Assembly (NCBI GenBank): GCA_002748425.1
Contig: PDSJ01000025.1
Span: 22,605 to 86,604 of the forward strand
Length of the DNA stretch: 64,000 nt
Direction: 5' to 3'
Source of the DNA: a candidate division KSB3 bacterium
GTDB taxonomy: Bacteria; Moduliflexota; Moduliflexia; Moduliflexales; Moduliflexaceae
Shown here in pieces: positions 30,648 through 40,349 of the stretch (position 1 is the first letter of the stretch; each line of letters opens with the position of its first letter). Under the pieces are notes generated by a model. The model did not search any database and was not told where the DNA came from. It worked only from the letters and a program-made list of their open reading frames with translations. The position numbers and the translations under genes are program-made.

Positions 30648-32225
30648 ATGATGGATCTTAGAAATCCCAAGATGACTGTTGCAACACTGATCGAGCAGGC
30701 AGTGGCGGAACATGGACGTCGAAAATGTCTGACCTACGAGAAAACCACATACAGCTACAGACAGCTCGGTTGGAAAATTGAGCAGACGGCAAAGGGTCTT
30801 CATCAACTCGGTGTTGAAAAAGGTCATCGCATCGGCTTATTTCTTGCGAACTGTCCAGAGTATATTTTTGCGTATTTCGGGAATCTCAAACTCGGAGGGG
30901 TGAATGTTCCGATCAATACCTTTCTTTCGAGCAGTGAAGTGCAATTTATTCTGGACGACTGTGAAATCTCGGTCGTCATTACCGATAATACTCTGTATAA
31001 AGTTCTTGAGCCGATCCTTCCAGAGCTGCGCCATCTGCAACATGTGATCATTGTCGGCGATGACGTTCCGGGAACAATCGCATTCAACAGCTTCGAACAA
31101 TCCTCGTTTGAGCCTGCCGACTGGATTCCGCCATCCCATGAAGATGTGGCGGTTATTCACTATACCTCTGGCACGACAGGCAGACCCAAAGGGGCGATGT
31201 TAAGCCATAAAAACTTGCTGGCAGCCATCGATTCGAATACCGACATCATTAAAATTTCTCACCGCGACAAAATTATCGTCTTTCTCCCGATGTTCCACGT
31301 ATTTACCTTTGTCGTCTGCATTCTTGCAACATTCAGCCGGGGAACACAGATCATCCTCCTTGGCTCAATTCGTCCGTTTAAACGAATCGGCAAGGCGATC
31401 ATGCGCTATCGCATCAGCGTCCTTGTTGGGGTTCCCCAGGTCTTTAACGCATTGGCCAACCTCGATGTGCCTTGGTTTTTCCGCTTTATCAACCCCATAC
31501 GAGTCTGCGTATCCGGCGGAGCACCATTATCGGTCGAGGTACTTGAAAAATTCAAACAAAAATTTGGTATTCCTCTCCTGGAAGGTTATGGCTTGTCCGA
31601 AACCACTGGAGGGATTTGCGTCAATCCGCTGAAAGGGCCACAGAAACCTCTCTCCATTGGCCCCCCAATCAAAGGCGTCGAAGTCAAAATCCTCGACGAA
31701 GACGATATCGAACTCGGAGTCGATAATGTTGGTGAACTGCTGGTCAAGGCCGACAACGTCATGCTCGGTTATTATAATCAGCCCGAAGAAACCGCACAGG
31801 CCTTGCAGGATGGCTGGTTACGCACTGGAGACATGGCAAAACGCGACAAGGATGGCTATCTGTACATTGTTGATCGCAAAAAGGATATGCTGATTGTGCG
31901 CGGGATGAATGTTTACCCGAGAGAAGTCGAAGAAATTCTCAATACCCATCCGAAAGTCGAGGAATGCGTTGTGATCGGCGTACCGGACAAGCAACGCGGC
32001 GAAGTACCGAAAGCGATCATCACCCTGAAAGAAAACACCCCGGCCACGGAAAAAGAGTTCCGAAAATTCTGCCACGAAAAAATCGCAATGTATAAAAACC
32101 CCAAATATTTTGAATTTCGGAAGACACTCCCCAAAACAGCTACGGGAAAAGTTCGCAAAGACATTCTCAAGCGGGAAGAATTCGAAAAACAGCAGCAGGC
32201 GACAGAAGAAAAAATTTTTATCTAG
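30648..32225 (+). CDS. Long-chain fatty-acid-CoA ligase paralogue
   Basis: YTSGTTGRPKGAMLSHKNL and GYGLSETTG. It is collinear with the upstream paralogue. Confidence 0.85.
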   Translation: MMDLRNPKMTVATLIEQAVAEHGRRKCLTYEKTTYSYRQLGWKIEQTAKGLHQLGVEKGHRIGLFLANCPEYIFAYFGNLKLGGVNVPINTFLSSSEVQFILDDCEISVVITDNTLYKVLEPILPELRHLQHVIIVGDDVPGTIAFNSFEQSSFEPADWIPPSHEDVAVIHYTSGTTGRPKGAMLSHKNLLAAIDSNTDIIKISHRDKIIVFLPMFHVFTFVVCILATFSRGTQIILLGSIRPFKRIGKAIMRYRISVLVGVPQVFNALANLDVPWFFRFINPIRVCVSGGAPLSVEVLEKFKQKFGIPLLEGYGLSETTGGICVNPLKGPQKPLSIGPPIKGVEVKILDEDDIELGVDNVGELLVKADNVMLGYYNQPEETAQALQDGWLRTGDMAKRDKDGYLYIVDRKKDMLIVRGMNVYPREVEEILNTHPKVEECVVIGVPDKQRGEVPKAIITLKENTPATEKEFRKFCHEKIAMYKNPKYFEFRKTLPKTATGKVRKDILKREEFEKQQQATEEKIFI

Positions 32226-32233
32226 CTGGCAAA

Positions 32234-32305
32234 AGCCGGCGATAGGACTTGAACCTACGACCTGCTGATTACGAATCAGCTGCTCTACCACTGAGCTACG
32301 CCGGC
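32234..32305 (-). tRNA. tRNA-Thr (anticodon CGU)
   Basis: The reverse complement folds as a cloverleaf: GCCGGCG acceptor stem, GCUC/GAGC D-stem, anticodon loop UUCGUAA, T-loop GGUUCAAGUCC. Confidence 0.85.
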
Positions 32306-32365
32306 ACGTGCAGCCGTTTCACGCTCGTCAGTGATACGACTGTGAGGAATGCGGAAGATGAGAAA

Positions 32366-32438
<73 letters not shown>

Positions 32439-32521
32439 ATATCTGTTGTGTTCTGATGGTCGTTATCATATTACGCAGCGCATTTTTGTCAAGAGTTTTT
32501 TACGTTTCCCGAAAATTTCCA

Positions 32522-33883
32522 TCAGATCGACTGGCTCTCAAAGATCAAGATTCCCCGTAACACGTCAACTCCTCGCTGCAACTGTACATCTTTTTGGAGA
32601 AGCATCTCAACTTCTTTAGCAACAACGCTTTCTTCAGATTCTGGTTCTTCGCTCTCTTCATTGACAGTCTCCTCCTCCTCGTCCAGCACGCTTTCCGTCT
32701 GCTCTTCATTCTCAGCAGAGACACTCTGATCCCCAGCCTCTTCTGCTGCTGCCTCCTCTTCCGGATTTGGAGCGCCTGCGACCTGGTCGGCAGGCACGAT
32801 AATATCAGGAGTAATTCCTTTCTCATGGATTGTACGCCCACTTGGAGTATAGTATCTCGCTGTTGTTAAACGCAAGCCAGAATTATCACTCAGCGGAATC
32901 ACACTCTGCACCGAACCTTTTCCATAGGTTTGTGTTCCGACGATGATCGCTCGTGAATGATCCTGCAACGCGCCGGACACAATTTCAGACGCACTTGCAC
33001 TTCCGTGATTCACCAGCACGACCATCGGATAATTCGGATGTGTAAATTCCTGGTGCGCCACAAAACGCATGTCCTGATTCTTCTTGCGGCCTTCGGTATA
33101 CACGATCAACTTTCCTTTTTCAAGGAATTTATCAGACACTTCCACTGCAGCATTCAACAAGCCCCCCGGATTACTTCGCAAATCCAAAATCAGCGCTTCA
33201 ACATGTTGCTCTTCCAAGTCCCGTAATGCCTCCTCAATCTCATCTGCGCTGTCATCCTGAAACTGACGTAAACGAATATAGCCGATATGATCGCTTAACA
33301 TCCGGTGGCTGGAGCTGTCCAACTCGATAATACCCCGCGTGATCGTAAATTCTTTTGGCTTTTCAAAGCCTTCGCGCAGAATCGAAATGGTGATCTGGGT
33401 TCCTTTTGGCCCCCGTAACAACTTAACTGCTTCAATGAGTGTCATATCCCTGGTGGGAAGCTCTTCAATCTTGACGATCCGATCGCCGGCCAGGACCCCG
33501 GCACGAAACGCAGGAGTATCATCGATCGGAGCAATCACTGTCAACTGCTCGTCTTTAATCCCAATCTGAATTCCCAACCCCCCGAAATTGCCGCGAGTTT
33601 CCACCTGCATTTCCTGATATACATCAGGCGGCATGAAAGAGCTGTGGGGATCGAGCGTTTTCAGCATACCGTTAATGCCGCCGTAAATAACATCCTGAAT
33701 ATCGGCATCTTCGACATAATTGGTCTGAATCAGATAGAGGACTTCGCTGAAAATTTTCAGTTTTTCATAGGTCTCAGTCTGTGTGGCAAGGACTTTATCG
33801 GCAATGCCGGCCCCCATGACGAGCGCCGCAAACAGTGCAAGAATAAGAAAAATAATGTGCTGACTTCGTAAGTGTTTCTGCAT
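32522..33883 (-). CDS. S41 carboxyl-terminal processing protease (CtpA/Prc-like) with PDZ domain and acidic C-terminal tail
   Basis: GGLGIQIG (PDZ), the catalytic region LVNHGSASASEIVSGALQD…GKGSVQ, and a C-terminal E-rich tail. Confidence 0.9.
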   Translation of the reverse strand: MQKHLRSQHIIFLILALFAALVMGAGIADKVLATQTETYEKLKIFSEVLYLIQTNYVEDADIQDVIYGGINGMLKTLDPHSSFMPPDVYQEMQVETRGNFGGLGIQIGIKDEQLTVIAPIDDTPAFRAGVLAGDRIVKIEELPTRDMTLIEAVKLLRGPKGTQITISILREGFEKPKEFTITRGIIELDSSSHRMLSDHIGYIRLRQFQDDSADEIEEALRDLEEQHVEALILDLRSNPGGLLNAAVEVSDKFLEKGKLIVYTEGRKKNQDMRFVAHQEFTHPNYPMVVLVNHGSASASEIVSGALQDHSRAIIVGTQTYGKGSVQSVIPLSDNSGLRLTTARYYTPSGRTIHEKGITPDIIVPADQVAGAPNPEEEAAAEEAGDQSVSAENEEQTESVLDEEEETVNEESEEPESEESVVAKEVEMLLQKDVQLQRGVDVLRGILIFESQSI

Positions 33884-34038
33884 CTCGGTTCCTCCAGTTC
33901 AATCCTCACGACAAGGTCAGACTGACTGATTACTTGTAAAGATTGGCAATAATTAATTTCCTGTTCAAAGGATCTATAAGAGCGTGTACATTTTTGTCAA
34001 GAGATCCCCCCCCCTGCTTTTCCAGAAGAATCGCGCCC

Positions 34039-34824
34039 CTAGCGATGAGGGCTTATCAGGAGAAGCACAAACAAAAAAATTCCCAGGGCATCATGCTGCC
34101 AGGTCTGCCTGGAGTGGGTCCAAAAAAACACAGAGCGCAGCGCCCGAAGGTGGCGTGGGGCCTTGATTGAACCATAGCCCTGTCTGGCATGTTCCGGATC
34201 TTCAAGATTTCGATTCATGCACCACACATCCCATCCACGGTGAAATGTCGCCAGGTTGGCAAAGACTGCAATACAGAGCATCCCAAAATACAGGCGATCG
34301 AAAAGACAGGCGATCGCAAAAACAATGATTCGCTCAGGACGTTCCATATAGCCTGCATTGAATTTTCCAGGCAGCAGTGATTCGGCGCGGGCACGGACAT
34401 AACTTGTCATAATTCCCCCCATTGCAGCCAGGGACGACACGATGACAAAAAGTACATCGCCTTTCACGGCAAAGTAAACGAGTGCGCCGCTAAACAGACA
34501 CATATCTGAATAACGATCAGTGACGGAATCCAGAAACGCTCCAAAGCGAGTCTCCTGTCCTGACATTCTGGCAACTGCGCCATCAAGGGTGTCGAAAATA
34601 TTGGCCAGAAGGATCACCGCTCCTGCAGTGATATGCATCCAATTGATTCCCGTGACGTCACGCACGCCCAAAGCTAGCAGCACGGCCCCCAGAACGTTGA
34701 TGACCACCCCGGCGAGCGTCAAGATATTCGGCGAGAAACCTTTTTCAATCAGAAAACGCGCACACGCATCACGTCCCCGGCTCCCCAGCTTTCCGAGAGT
34801 CTTACCAATGATATCTTTGTTCAT
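34039..34824 (-). CDS. CDP-alcohol phosphatidyltransferase family protein
   Basis: DTLDGAVARMSGQETRFGAFLDSVTDRYSD matches the D-G-x2-A-R-x8-G-x3-D-x3-D signature. Several TM helices. Confidence 0.75.
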   Translation of the reverse strand: MNKDIIGKTLGKLGSRGRDACARFLIEKGFSPNILTLAGVVINVLGAVLLALGVRDVTGINWMHITAGAVILLANIFDTLDGAVARMSGQETRFGAFLDSVTDRYSDMCLFSGALVYFAVKGDVLFVIVSSLAAMGGIMTSYVRARAESLLPGKFNAGYMERPERIIVFAIACLFDRLYFGMLCIAVFANLATFHRGWDVWCMNRNLEDPEHARQGYGSIKAPRHLRALRSVFFWTHSRQTWQHDALGIFLFVLLLISPHR

Positions 34825-35112
34825 GATTTTCCTTCAGTCAAGAGGAGGATAAACACTGCTGCAGTTATGTGTGAAATCCATCGCATGCACACAGCCCACA
34901 TAAGCCAGAAAAACGCAAAACCGCGACTTGTCAAGTTTTTTTACTTTCCTGAAAAGCAAAGTCGTTTAAAATCCTTTTTTTCTTGACAAAAGGGGAACGT
35001 TGATACATATTTTTTATACGTTGTCTTCACAGCAACGGCATTCAAAAAAAATACTGCCCGCAGGGTTTCGAGAAACAGTATCACAGGGAACAGTACGTTA
35101 AGGAGATCGAGT

Positions 35113-35556
35113 ATGTCGATAGAAACAAGGGAAGTGAGAAATACTGGGGGGACTCGCAGTATTGCCTCCAGAGGAGGGTTCTACGGGTCAAAAGCATATA
35201 TTGAGAACCGGGATTCCGCCCCAGGGGCTGTTGTCAAAGTCGAATTTTACAAAGACATTGACGGCATTGCAACCGGCTATGAATATCTGGACGTCAATCA
35301 ATATATCCAGATTCCTGATTTTGATATGATTGCCTGCAGCGTTGGCTATCGAGACAGACCTCCGGTTCAGGCTGTCATCTGGAATGATTCGACAAATGCC
35401 GAACTGTGGATTTTTAAAGAATTCGCCGGAGCACGACATTATATCGATTTTCTCCCGCCGATTCCAGGCGACGGACATGGAGCGTTTTCCTACCGATTTC
35501 AGATTTGTGCCGGCGAAGAATTCCGCTTTCTTGCTGTCGCTCCATTGCGCCAATAA
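35113..35556 (+). CDS. Hypothetical protein
   Basis: Strong SD (AAGGAG) 7 nt upstream of the ATG. 147 aa with no recognisable domain. Confidence 0.4.
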   Translation: MSIETREVRNTGGTRSIASRGGFYGSKAYIENRDSAPGAVVKVEFYKDIDGIATGYEYLDVNQYIQIPDFDMIACSVGYRDRPPVQAVIWNDSTNAELWIFKEFAGARHYIDFLPPIPGDGHGAFSYRFQICAGEEFRFLAVAPLRQ

Positions 35557-35628
35557 GCCAAGACAGAAGACTGACGCGCAGACAAGATTTTATATTACTC
35601 TATATTCTCAGGAAGGTGGTGGGGCAGA

Positions 35629-35880
35629 GTGGCAGACGTAACATTAAAAGATCAGCTAAAAACGATTATTTCAAAAGCAACCGGAGGATCTGTCGCGGCC
35701 GATCAAATCGGTGATGACGTACCCTTAATGGATCTCGGAGTTGATTCTATGGCTGGACTGGAAGTTGTCATGGAGTTGGAAACACAGTTCGGGGTGTCGA
35801 TCACTGACATGGAAGCCGGCAAAGAAGCCTTTACCTCAATCAACTCTCTCGCCAAATTTGTCGAAGAGAACCAGAGCTGA
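35629..35880 (+). CDS. Acyl carrier protein-like (phosphopantetheine attachment site)
   Basis: 83 aa. LMDLGVDSMAGLEVVMELE contains the conserved DSL/DSM serine motif. GTG start with an AGGTGG SD. Confidence 0.7.
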   Translation: MADVTLKDQLKTIISKATGGSVAADQIGDDVPLMDLGVDSMAGLEVVMELETQFGVSITDMEAGKEAFTSINSLAKFVEENQS

Positions 35881-35894
35881 TTCCATAATAAACA

Positions 35895-35928
35895 GGCCGG
35901 ACAGAATCTGTTCGGCCGCTCTTTTTCT
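35895..35928 (+). terminator. Rho-independent terminator after the ACP gene
   Basis: GGCCGGACAG-aat-CTGTTCGGCC stem (one G:U) followed by TCTTTTTCT. Confidence 0.7.
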
Positions 35929-36107
35929 GCGTTGTCTGGCTCGTCGTACAATACAGGGTGAGTGCACCATTTGTACGCTGAACGGCCTGCTGAAGAACAA
36001 CATTCCGAATAAGACCTTCTCGTAGTCAGGCGGGAGATGTTTTCGCTCACGTCAATGTCTTTATGACAGACACAGCTCTTTGTGAAACAAGCCAGACAAG
36101 GTGAAAC

Positions 36108-36135
36108 AGTCATGTGTTTCACCTTGCGCAGCTCA
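36108..36135 (-). terminator. Hairpin terminator downstream of comEA
   Basis: Perfect 11-bp inverted repeat AAGGTGAAACA/TGTTTCACCTT with a 6-nt loop, 14 nt after the comEA stop. A modest U-rich tail follows on the minus strand. Confidence 0.5.
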
Positions 36136-36149
36136 GGCAAGAGACACAC

Positions 36150-36611
36150 TTAGTTCTTCTGAGATTTTTTCTGAGTCTTCTCTCCGCTTTGTTTAGCGTC
36201 TTCTTTTGATTTCTTTGCTGCGTTCTTCTCTGAGGATTTCTTCTCTGTTGCTTTCTTCTTTGTGCCTTTCCTGGCCGCCTTCACGTCGACAAGCGCCTTA
36301 ATTTTCTCAAGCTTCTTCTCGCCAATACCTTTCACATCTATGAGAGCTTCCACGCTTTCATACGGTCGTCCGTCAATAATTGCCTGTGCCAGCTTTGGTC
36401 CGATTCCCGGGAGGTCCATCAGCTCTTCAAGGGATGCCGAATTGAGATCAATCAGAGCCTCGCTTGTCTTCTTCGTGCTCTCCTTTTTCGTGTCAGCAGC
36501 CGTTTTTCCCTTTGCATCAGCTTTTTCCCCTTCTTCTGCAGCCGTAAGCAAAGAAGATGCGAACACAAGCGCCAGCATGAGCGTCAATGAGACCAATAGT
36601 TTCCTTGCCAT
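36150..36611 (-). CDS. comEA: ComEA-like helix-hairpin-helix DNA-binding protein
   Basis: [48 protein letters not shown] is the tandem HhH motif. The ATG at 36611 has an AGGAGGGGG SD and a signal peptide. The ORF is open to 36731. Confidence 0.75.
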   Translation of the reverse strand: MARKLLVSLTLMLALVFASSLLTAAEEGEKADAKGKTAADTKKESTKKTSEALIDLNSASLEELMDLPGIGPKLAQAIIDGRPYESVEALIDVKGIGEKKLEKIKALVDVKAARKGTKKKATEKKSSEKNAAKKSKEDAKQSGEKTQKKSQKN

Positions 36612-36967
36612 ACTGTCCCCCTCCTTATTGCTGAGATGAACACATCGTGAGCGATACGCCATCAGACAGTGAATATCGCACAGAATAATACATAAATTTA
36701 AAATTTTACTGTCAACGTTTCCATCAGTCAAGAAAAAAATTCACTCATTCTGAATATTTTTATTGCGATCCCTTCAAAAAAAAACCTCCTTCTGAAGAAT
36801 CGAAAGCCGATGGGAAACAGTTTGATATCCCCATTTGAGACTTCACTTCACGATGAAACAATTTTTTTGTTGACATTTTTGTCATAAGGCAAGTCATAGT
36901 GTTATTTTCACAATTTATCTTTTTGATTTTATGGATGAATACAAGATGGATAGAATGGAGGCATTCG

Positions 36968-38011
36968 ATGCAACCCAGCAGTCATCCATATTCTTTTATC
37001 TCAATATTCAGACAATGGCGAAAACTGTTGCTCACCTGCTTCGTCCCTTATCTGCTGGCGTTCTCTCCAGAACTCATCAACGACATCGATATTGTGTCAA
37101 TTCGTGAGATACGTATTGCTCAAAAAGATGGGGAGCCTCTGCTGGATACGACGATCGTGATTCGTAACAGTGGAGCGAATACAATTAAATTTACAAATTG
37201 TACGTTCGAGTTGGCAGTGGCAGCAGAGCATTCCGAAGAGCTATTTCTTGGAACAGCTCAGACCGAAGAAATACTTTTACAGGGCAGGGAAGCAAAATCC
37301 GTTGATTTTGTCGATTCCGACGTGCGTCTTGCCATCCGGCCGGGAACCGCTTTGCCCACCTTGGCCCAAACGCTCGTCTCGACGCCTGCAATTAACCGAT
37401 TGATGACCCAGGCCACCCCACAACTTCAATTACATCTCCGTGGAAGATTCGATGTCGGTTTGAAGGCCGAACGGGCATGGGGCTATCAACAGGGAGTGAG
37501 AATCGATTGGCTTGTGACGCCTGAAATACACAACACAGTACTTGCTTCGGCCATCAAATCCATGCTTTCCGGCACCGTATCAAATACTGCAACACCCGCT
37601 GACAGAAAGATATCGCAGATTCACGGGCTTCATGAAAAAACCGTCCCCCCATCGTCTGCTTCACAAAATTCGTATATTGTCTTGTTTGGCTCCAATCAAT
37701 CGAACATGGATCAAGACGCGAAAGTCAACTTAGCAGCATGGTGGAAAGGACATCAAGAGAATTCGGGCCAAAAGGCGTTGTACCTAGAGGGACACGGGGA
37801 TTTAAGTGGGACTGACAGGGGGAATCAGAACATGTCTCTGAAACGCGTACGTGCCGTATATGATTATCTTTTTTACGATCTTGGAGTCACGGCACACCAT
37901 GTCGTCATGACAGGTTTTGGGAAAACCCGCCCGCTCACCACTGATAGCAGCCCGGAAGCGCAAGCTGCCAACCGAAGAGTCGAAATCTTTATCAGGCCCA
38001 TAGAACCATAG
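36968..38011 (+). CDS. OmpA-family protein with N-terminal WHy/LEA_2-like domain (paralogue 1 of 4)
   Basis: C-terminal OmpA_C-like region (RVRAVYDYL…GFGKTRPL…NRRVEIFI). The N-terminal domain is shared with 38048-, 39456- and 44935-CDSs. The ORF is open from GTG 36899, and the ATG at 36968 has a GGAGG SD. Confidence 0.65.
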   Translation: MQPSSHPYSFISIFRQWRKLLLTCFVPYLLAFSPELINDIDIVSIREIRIAQKDGEPLLDTTIVIRNSGANTIKFTNCTFELAVAAEHSEELFLGTAQTEEILLQGREAKSVDFVDSDVRLAIRPGTALPTLAQTLVSTPAINRLMTQATPQLQLHLRGRFDVGLKAERAWGYQQGVRIDWLVTPEIHNTVLASAIKSMLSGTVSNTATPADRKISQIHGLHEKTVPPSSASQNSYIVLFGSNQSNMDQDAKVNLAAWWKGHQENSGQKALYLEGHGDLSGTDRGNQNMSLKRVRAVYDYLFYDLGVTAHHVVMTGFGKTRPLTTDSSPEAQAANRRVEIFIRPIEP

Positions 38012-38047
38012 AACATTGACGCACGAAGAACATATAAGGAGAGCCAG

Positions 38048-39334
38048 GTGTCACCACTGCTTTGGAAAAAGGGCTGTGTTGCAGTAGTATGCTGTAGTGC
38101 GATGGTTATTATGGGCTTCTCTTTCTCAGTGATCAATGGTTTGGATCTGCGGTCTGTTCGGGATATACGCGTTTATGAGGAACAAGGATATGTAATGCTT
38201 GAAGCGTTGGTGACAATTCGCAATAGCAGCGGAAAGACGGTTCATATCAAAAATGCTCGTTTCACGCTGGTCGTTATGCCCGATGAGCACAGTAGCCATC
38301 CTCTCGGAGAACTCCCTGTCGAAGAGGCGTTAATCCCATACGCACCTGAAGGCGATGCAGCACATGATGATGTTGTCATACCGATTCTTATGAAGCTCGG
38401 CTCAAACCGATCTGCGCTCCGCGCACTCGCAGAGGCCTTGCAACACACATTGTCGCACAACGATCGCCAGCGCCTCTCATTAGGGCTAAAAGGTGCTCTC
38501 GATCTTGGCATACAGGACAGAGGCAGCTGGGTCTATGAAGAACGTTTTACTCTTGACTGGACGCTCTCTCCGGAGCTCGAAACCGCCCATCTTAACGATG
38601 TGCTCCAATCTGTGATCAACCCACCATCCCAAACTTCTCGTGTCGCCCTGACAGCATCTCCGACTGAAATGCCGACTCCGCAACCTGTTCCAGTCCCGCC
38701 AACGCCTACAGTGAATTCAACGGTAATGCCGAAAATCGAAATCGAAGCAGAAAGAGGGCTCGATGGCGTCTGCCTGAGAGAGGTATGCAATGAATGCAAT
38801 ATTCCGTGCAACGTCTGCCAAAAGCTGCTTCAAAGTACAGAGCATAAGAGCTATCCCGACGAAGACACTCTTCGCCGAGCTCTCTCGGCTTCTTTTAGTA
38901 CCGACATGCCGGCGCTGAAAAAAAATGCTATGACATGCCTCACAGAAGAATGTCAAATCCGAAAATTGGTCGTCTATTTCCGCTTTGATGAAAGCCTTAT
39001 CGAGAACTTGGAAGAGTATCCCCACCAGTTAGAGAAAGTGGCGACGTGGGCAAATCAACACACAGTAATTAAAGAGCCTTTGATACTGTATATTAACGGC
39101 TATGCTGATATTCGAGGGACAGCAGTCTATAACCTTCAACTCTCGATAAAACGTGCTGAATCGGTCTATCGTTACTTGACCCAACATTTCCCTGTTCAAT
39201 GGAATAGAGACGAGTGCGTGGTTCAAGGATTCGGAGAACAATTTTTAGTTTCACAGGGAAGCGACGAACTGTCTCATCAACAGAACCGGCGGGTCGAATT
39301 ATATCTCGCTCGCCGGTCAACACGACCGAAATAA
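38048..39334 (+). CDS. OmpA-family protein with WHy/LEA_2-like domain, PT linker and Cys-cluster (paralogue 2)
   Basis: C-terminal YINGYADIRGT…LSIKRAESVYRYL…NRRVELYL is OmpA-like. The Cys cluster is CLREVCNECNIPCNVCQ. GTG start with an AAGGAG SD. Confidence 0.65.
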   Translation: MSPLLWKKGCVAVVCCSAMVIMGFSFSVINGLDLRSVRDIRVYEEQGYVMLEALVTIRNSSGKTVHIKNARFTLVVMPDEHSSHPLGELPVEEALIPYAPEGDAAHDDVVIPILMKLGSNRSALRALAEALQHTLSHNDRQRLSLGLKGALDLGIQDRGSWVYEERFTLDWTLSPELETAHLNDVLQSVINPPSQTSRVALTASPTEMPTPQPVPVPPTPTVNSTVMPKIEIEAERGLDGVCLREVCNECNIPCNVCQKLLQSTEHKSYPDEDTLRRALSASFSTDMPALKKNAMTCLTEECQIRKLVVYFRFDESLIENLEEYPHQLEKVATWANQHTVIKEPLILYINGYADIRGTAVYNLQLSIKRAESVYRYLTQHFPVQWNRDECVVQGFGEQFLVSQGSDELSHQQNRRVELYLARRSTRPK

Positions 39335-39455
39335 AGAACGATGGGAAAGGAGGGATGGCCTTTATGAAGGGTGTATAAGTCTGTTTTGACAGCAGGGACC
39401 TCGCGTAGAATAGAAACAGCTTTATCAATATGTCAATTGGAGAGGAGAAAATATC

Positions 39456-40265
39456 ATGAAAAAGTCGATCCTTTTTGTCTGTGCCGTTACGTTGTCGCTG
39501 GCGGGAATCGTATCAGCAGGATACGCAGATACGGTTGAGCTGATCGATCATCTCAGTATTGAAAAAATTGTCAGTGTTGAGGTACGCCCGCTCTTTATCA
39601 TCACTAAGCAGAGCTTTATCGGACTTCGAGGAGAAAAGGTGCCGGAAAATATTCTTTCAAGCCCGAATCTGCAAGCATTGACAGATCAGAAGTTTGATGG
39701 CCGTGAGGTCTTTGTCGCTGCGTTGGAGCAGGCGCTTGGCACAGCCGTGTTACACCAGAAGGTGCAAAACAATTCGATAAAAACCTTATTACTGCGCCAC
39801 GCCAAACAGCATCCGTCATCGCGCAGCTCGTATTATTTGGATGTCGTTGTCGATATTCTGAATAACAACGACATTGATCTCAAATTGACCGAATGCACCT
39901 TCGATTTTTTCATTCACGATGAAGAGGCGATCGGTGAGATGACTAAAATTGGAACCGATGAATTTCAGAAAGGGAAAGAAATTTACCTGACTGCCAACCC
40001 GACAAGCGAAGCGGGAAAGGTTGCGCACGTGAAATTCGAAGTCGCAATGGGGACCGATAAGAATGCGGTCTTCGATACAGTAGCACATCTGCTCAACTTT
40101 ATAGGAAATCCGAAAGATGGGGACTATCTCTTCATTAATGGGCGCTTTAACCTCGGCATGAAGTCGAAAAAAGGCTGGACCTATGGCGAAGCAATCCGTG
40201 TCGACTGGATGTTCTGCCCAACCATGCAGCAACAGCTTCCGCTTAGCGAGTGTTTTGTGAAATAG
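39456..40265 (+). CDS. Secreted WHy/LEA_2-like domain protein (paralogue 3)
   Basis: Signal peptide MKKSILFVCAVTLSLAGIVSA. Motifs NNNDIDLKLTECTFDFFI and INGRFNLGMKSKKGWTYGEAIRVDWMFCP are shared with the other paralogues. Confidence 0.6.
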   Translation: MKKSILFVCAVTLSLAGIVSAGYADTVELIDHLSIEKIVSVEVRPLFIITKQSFIGLRGEKVPENILSSPNLQALTDQKFDGREVFVAALEQALGTAVLHQKVQNNSIKTLLLRHAKQHPSSRSSYYLDVVVDILNNNDIDLKLTECTFDFFIHDEEAIGEMTKIGTDEFQKGKEIYLTANPTSEAGKVAHVKFEVAMGTDKNAVFDTVAHLLNFIGNPKDGDYLFINGRFNLGMKSKKGWTYGEAIRVDWMFCPTMQQQLPLSECFVK

Positions 40266-40349
40266 CGCTCCAGCTCGCGATCAGGAGGTCGGGATTTCCA
40301 AGGGGGATTCCGGCCTCAAGCAGCTTTTTTGCATTCCGTTCTATGGACA

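Noticed and set aside
36870-36898. Sigma-70-like -35 TTGACA (36870-36875) with a weak -10 (GTCATA) just upstream of the first island gene
   Set aside because: The -10 hexamer match is poor, and the longest ORF (GTG 36899) would start inside it. It may still be the island promoter but cannot be supported by sequence alone.
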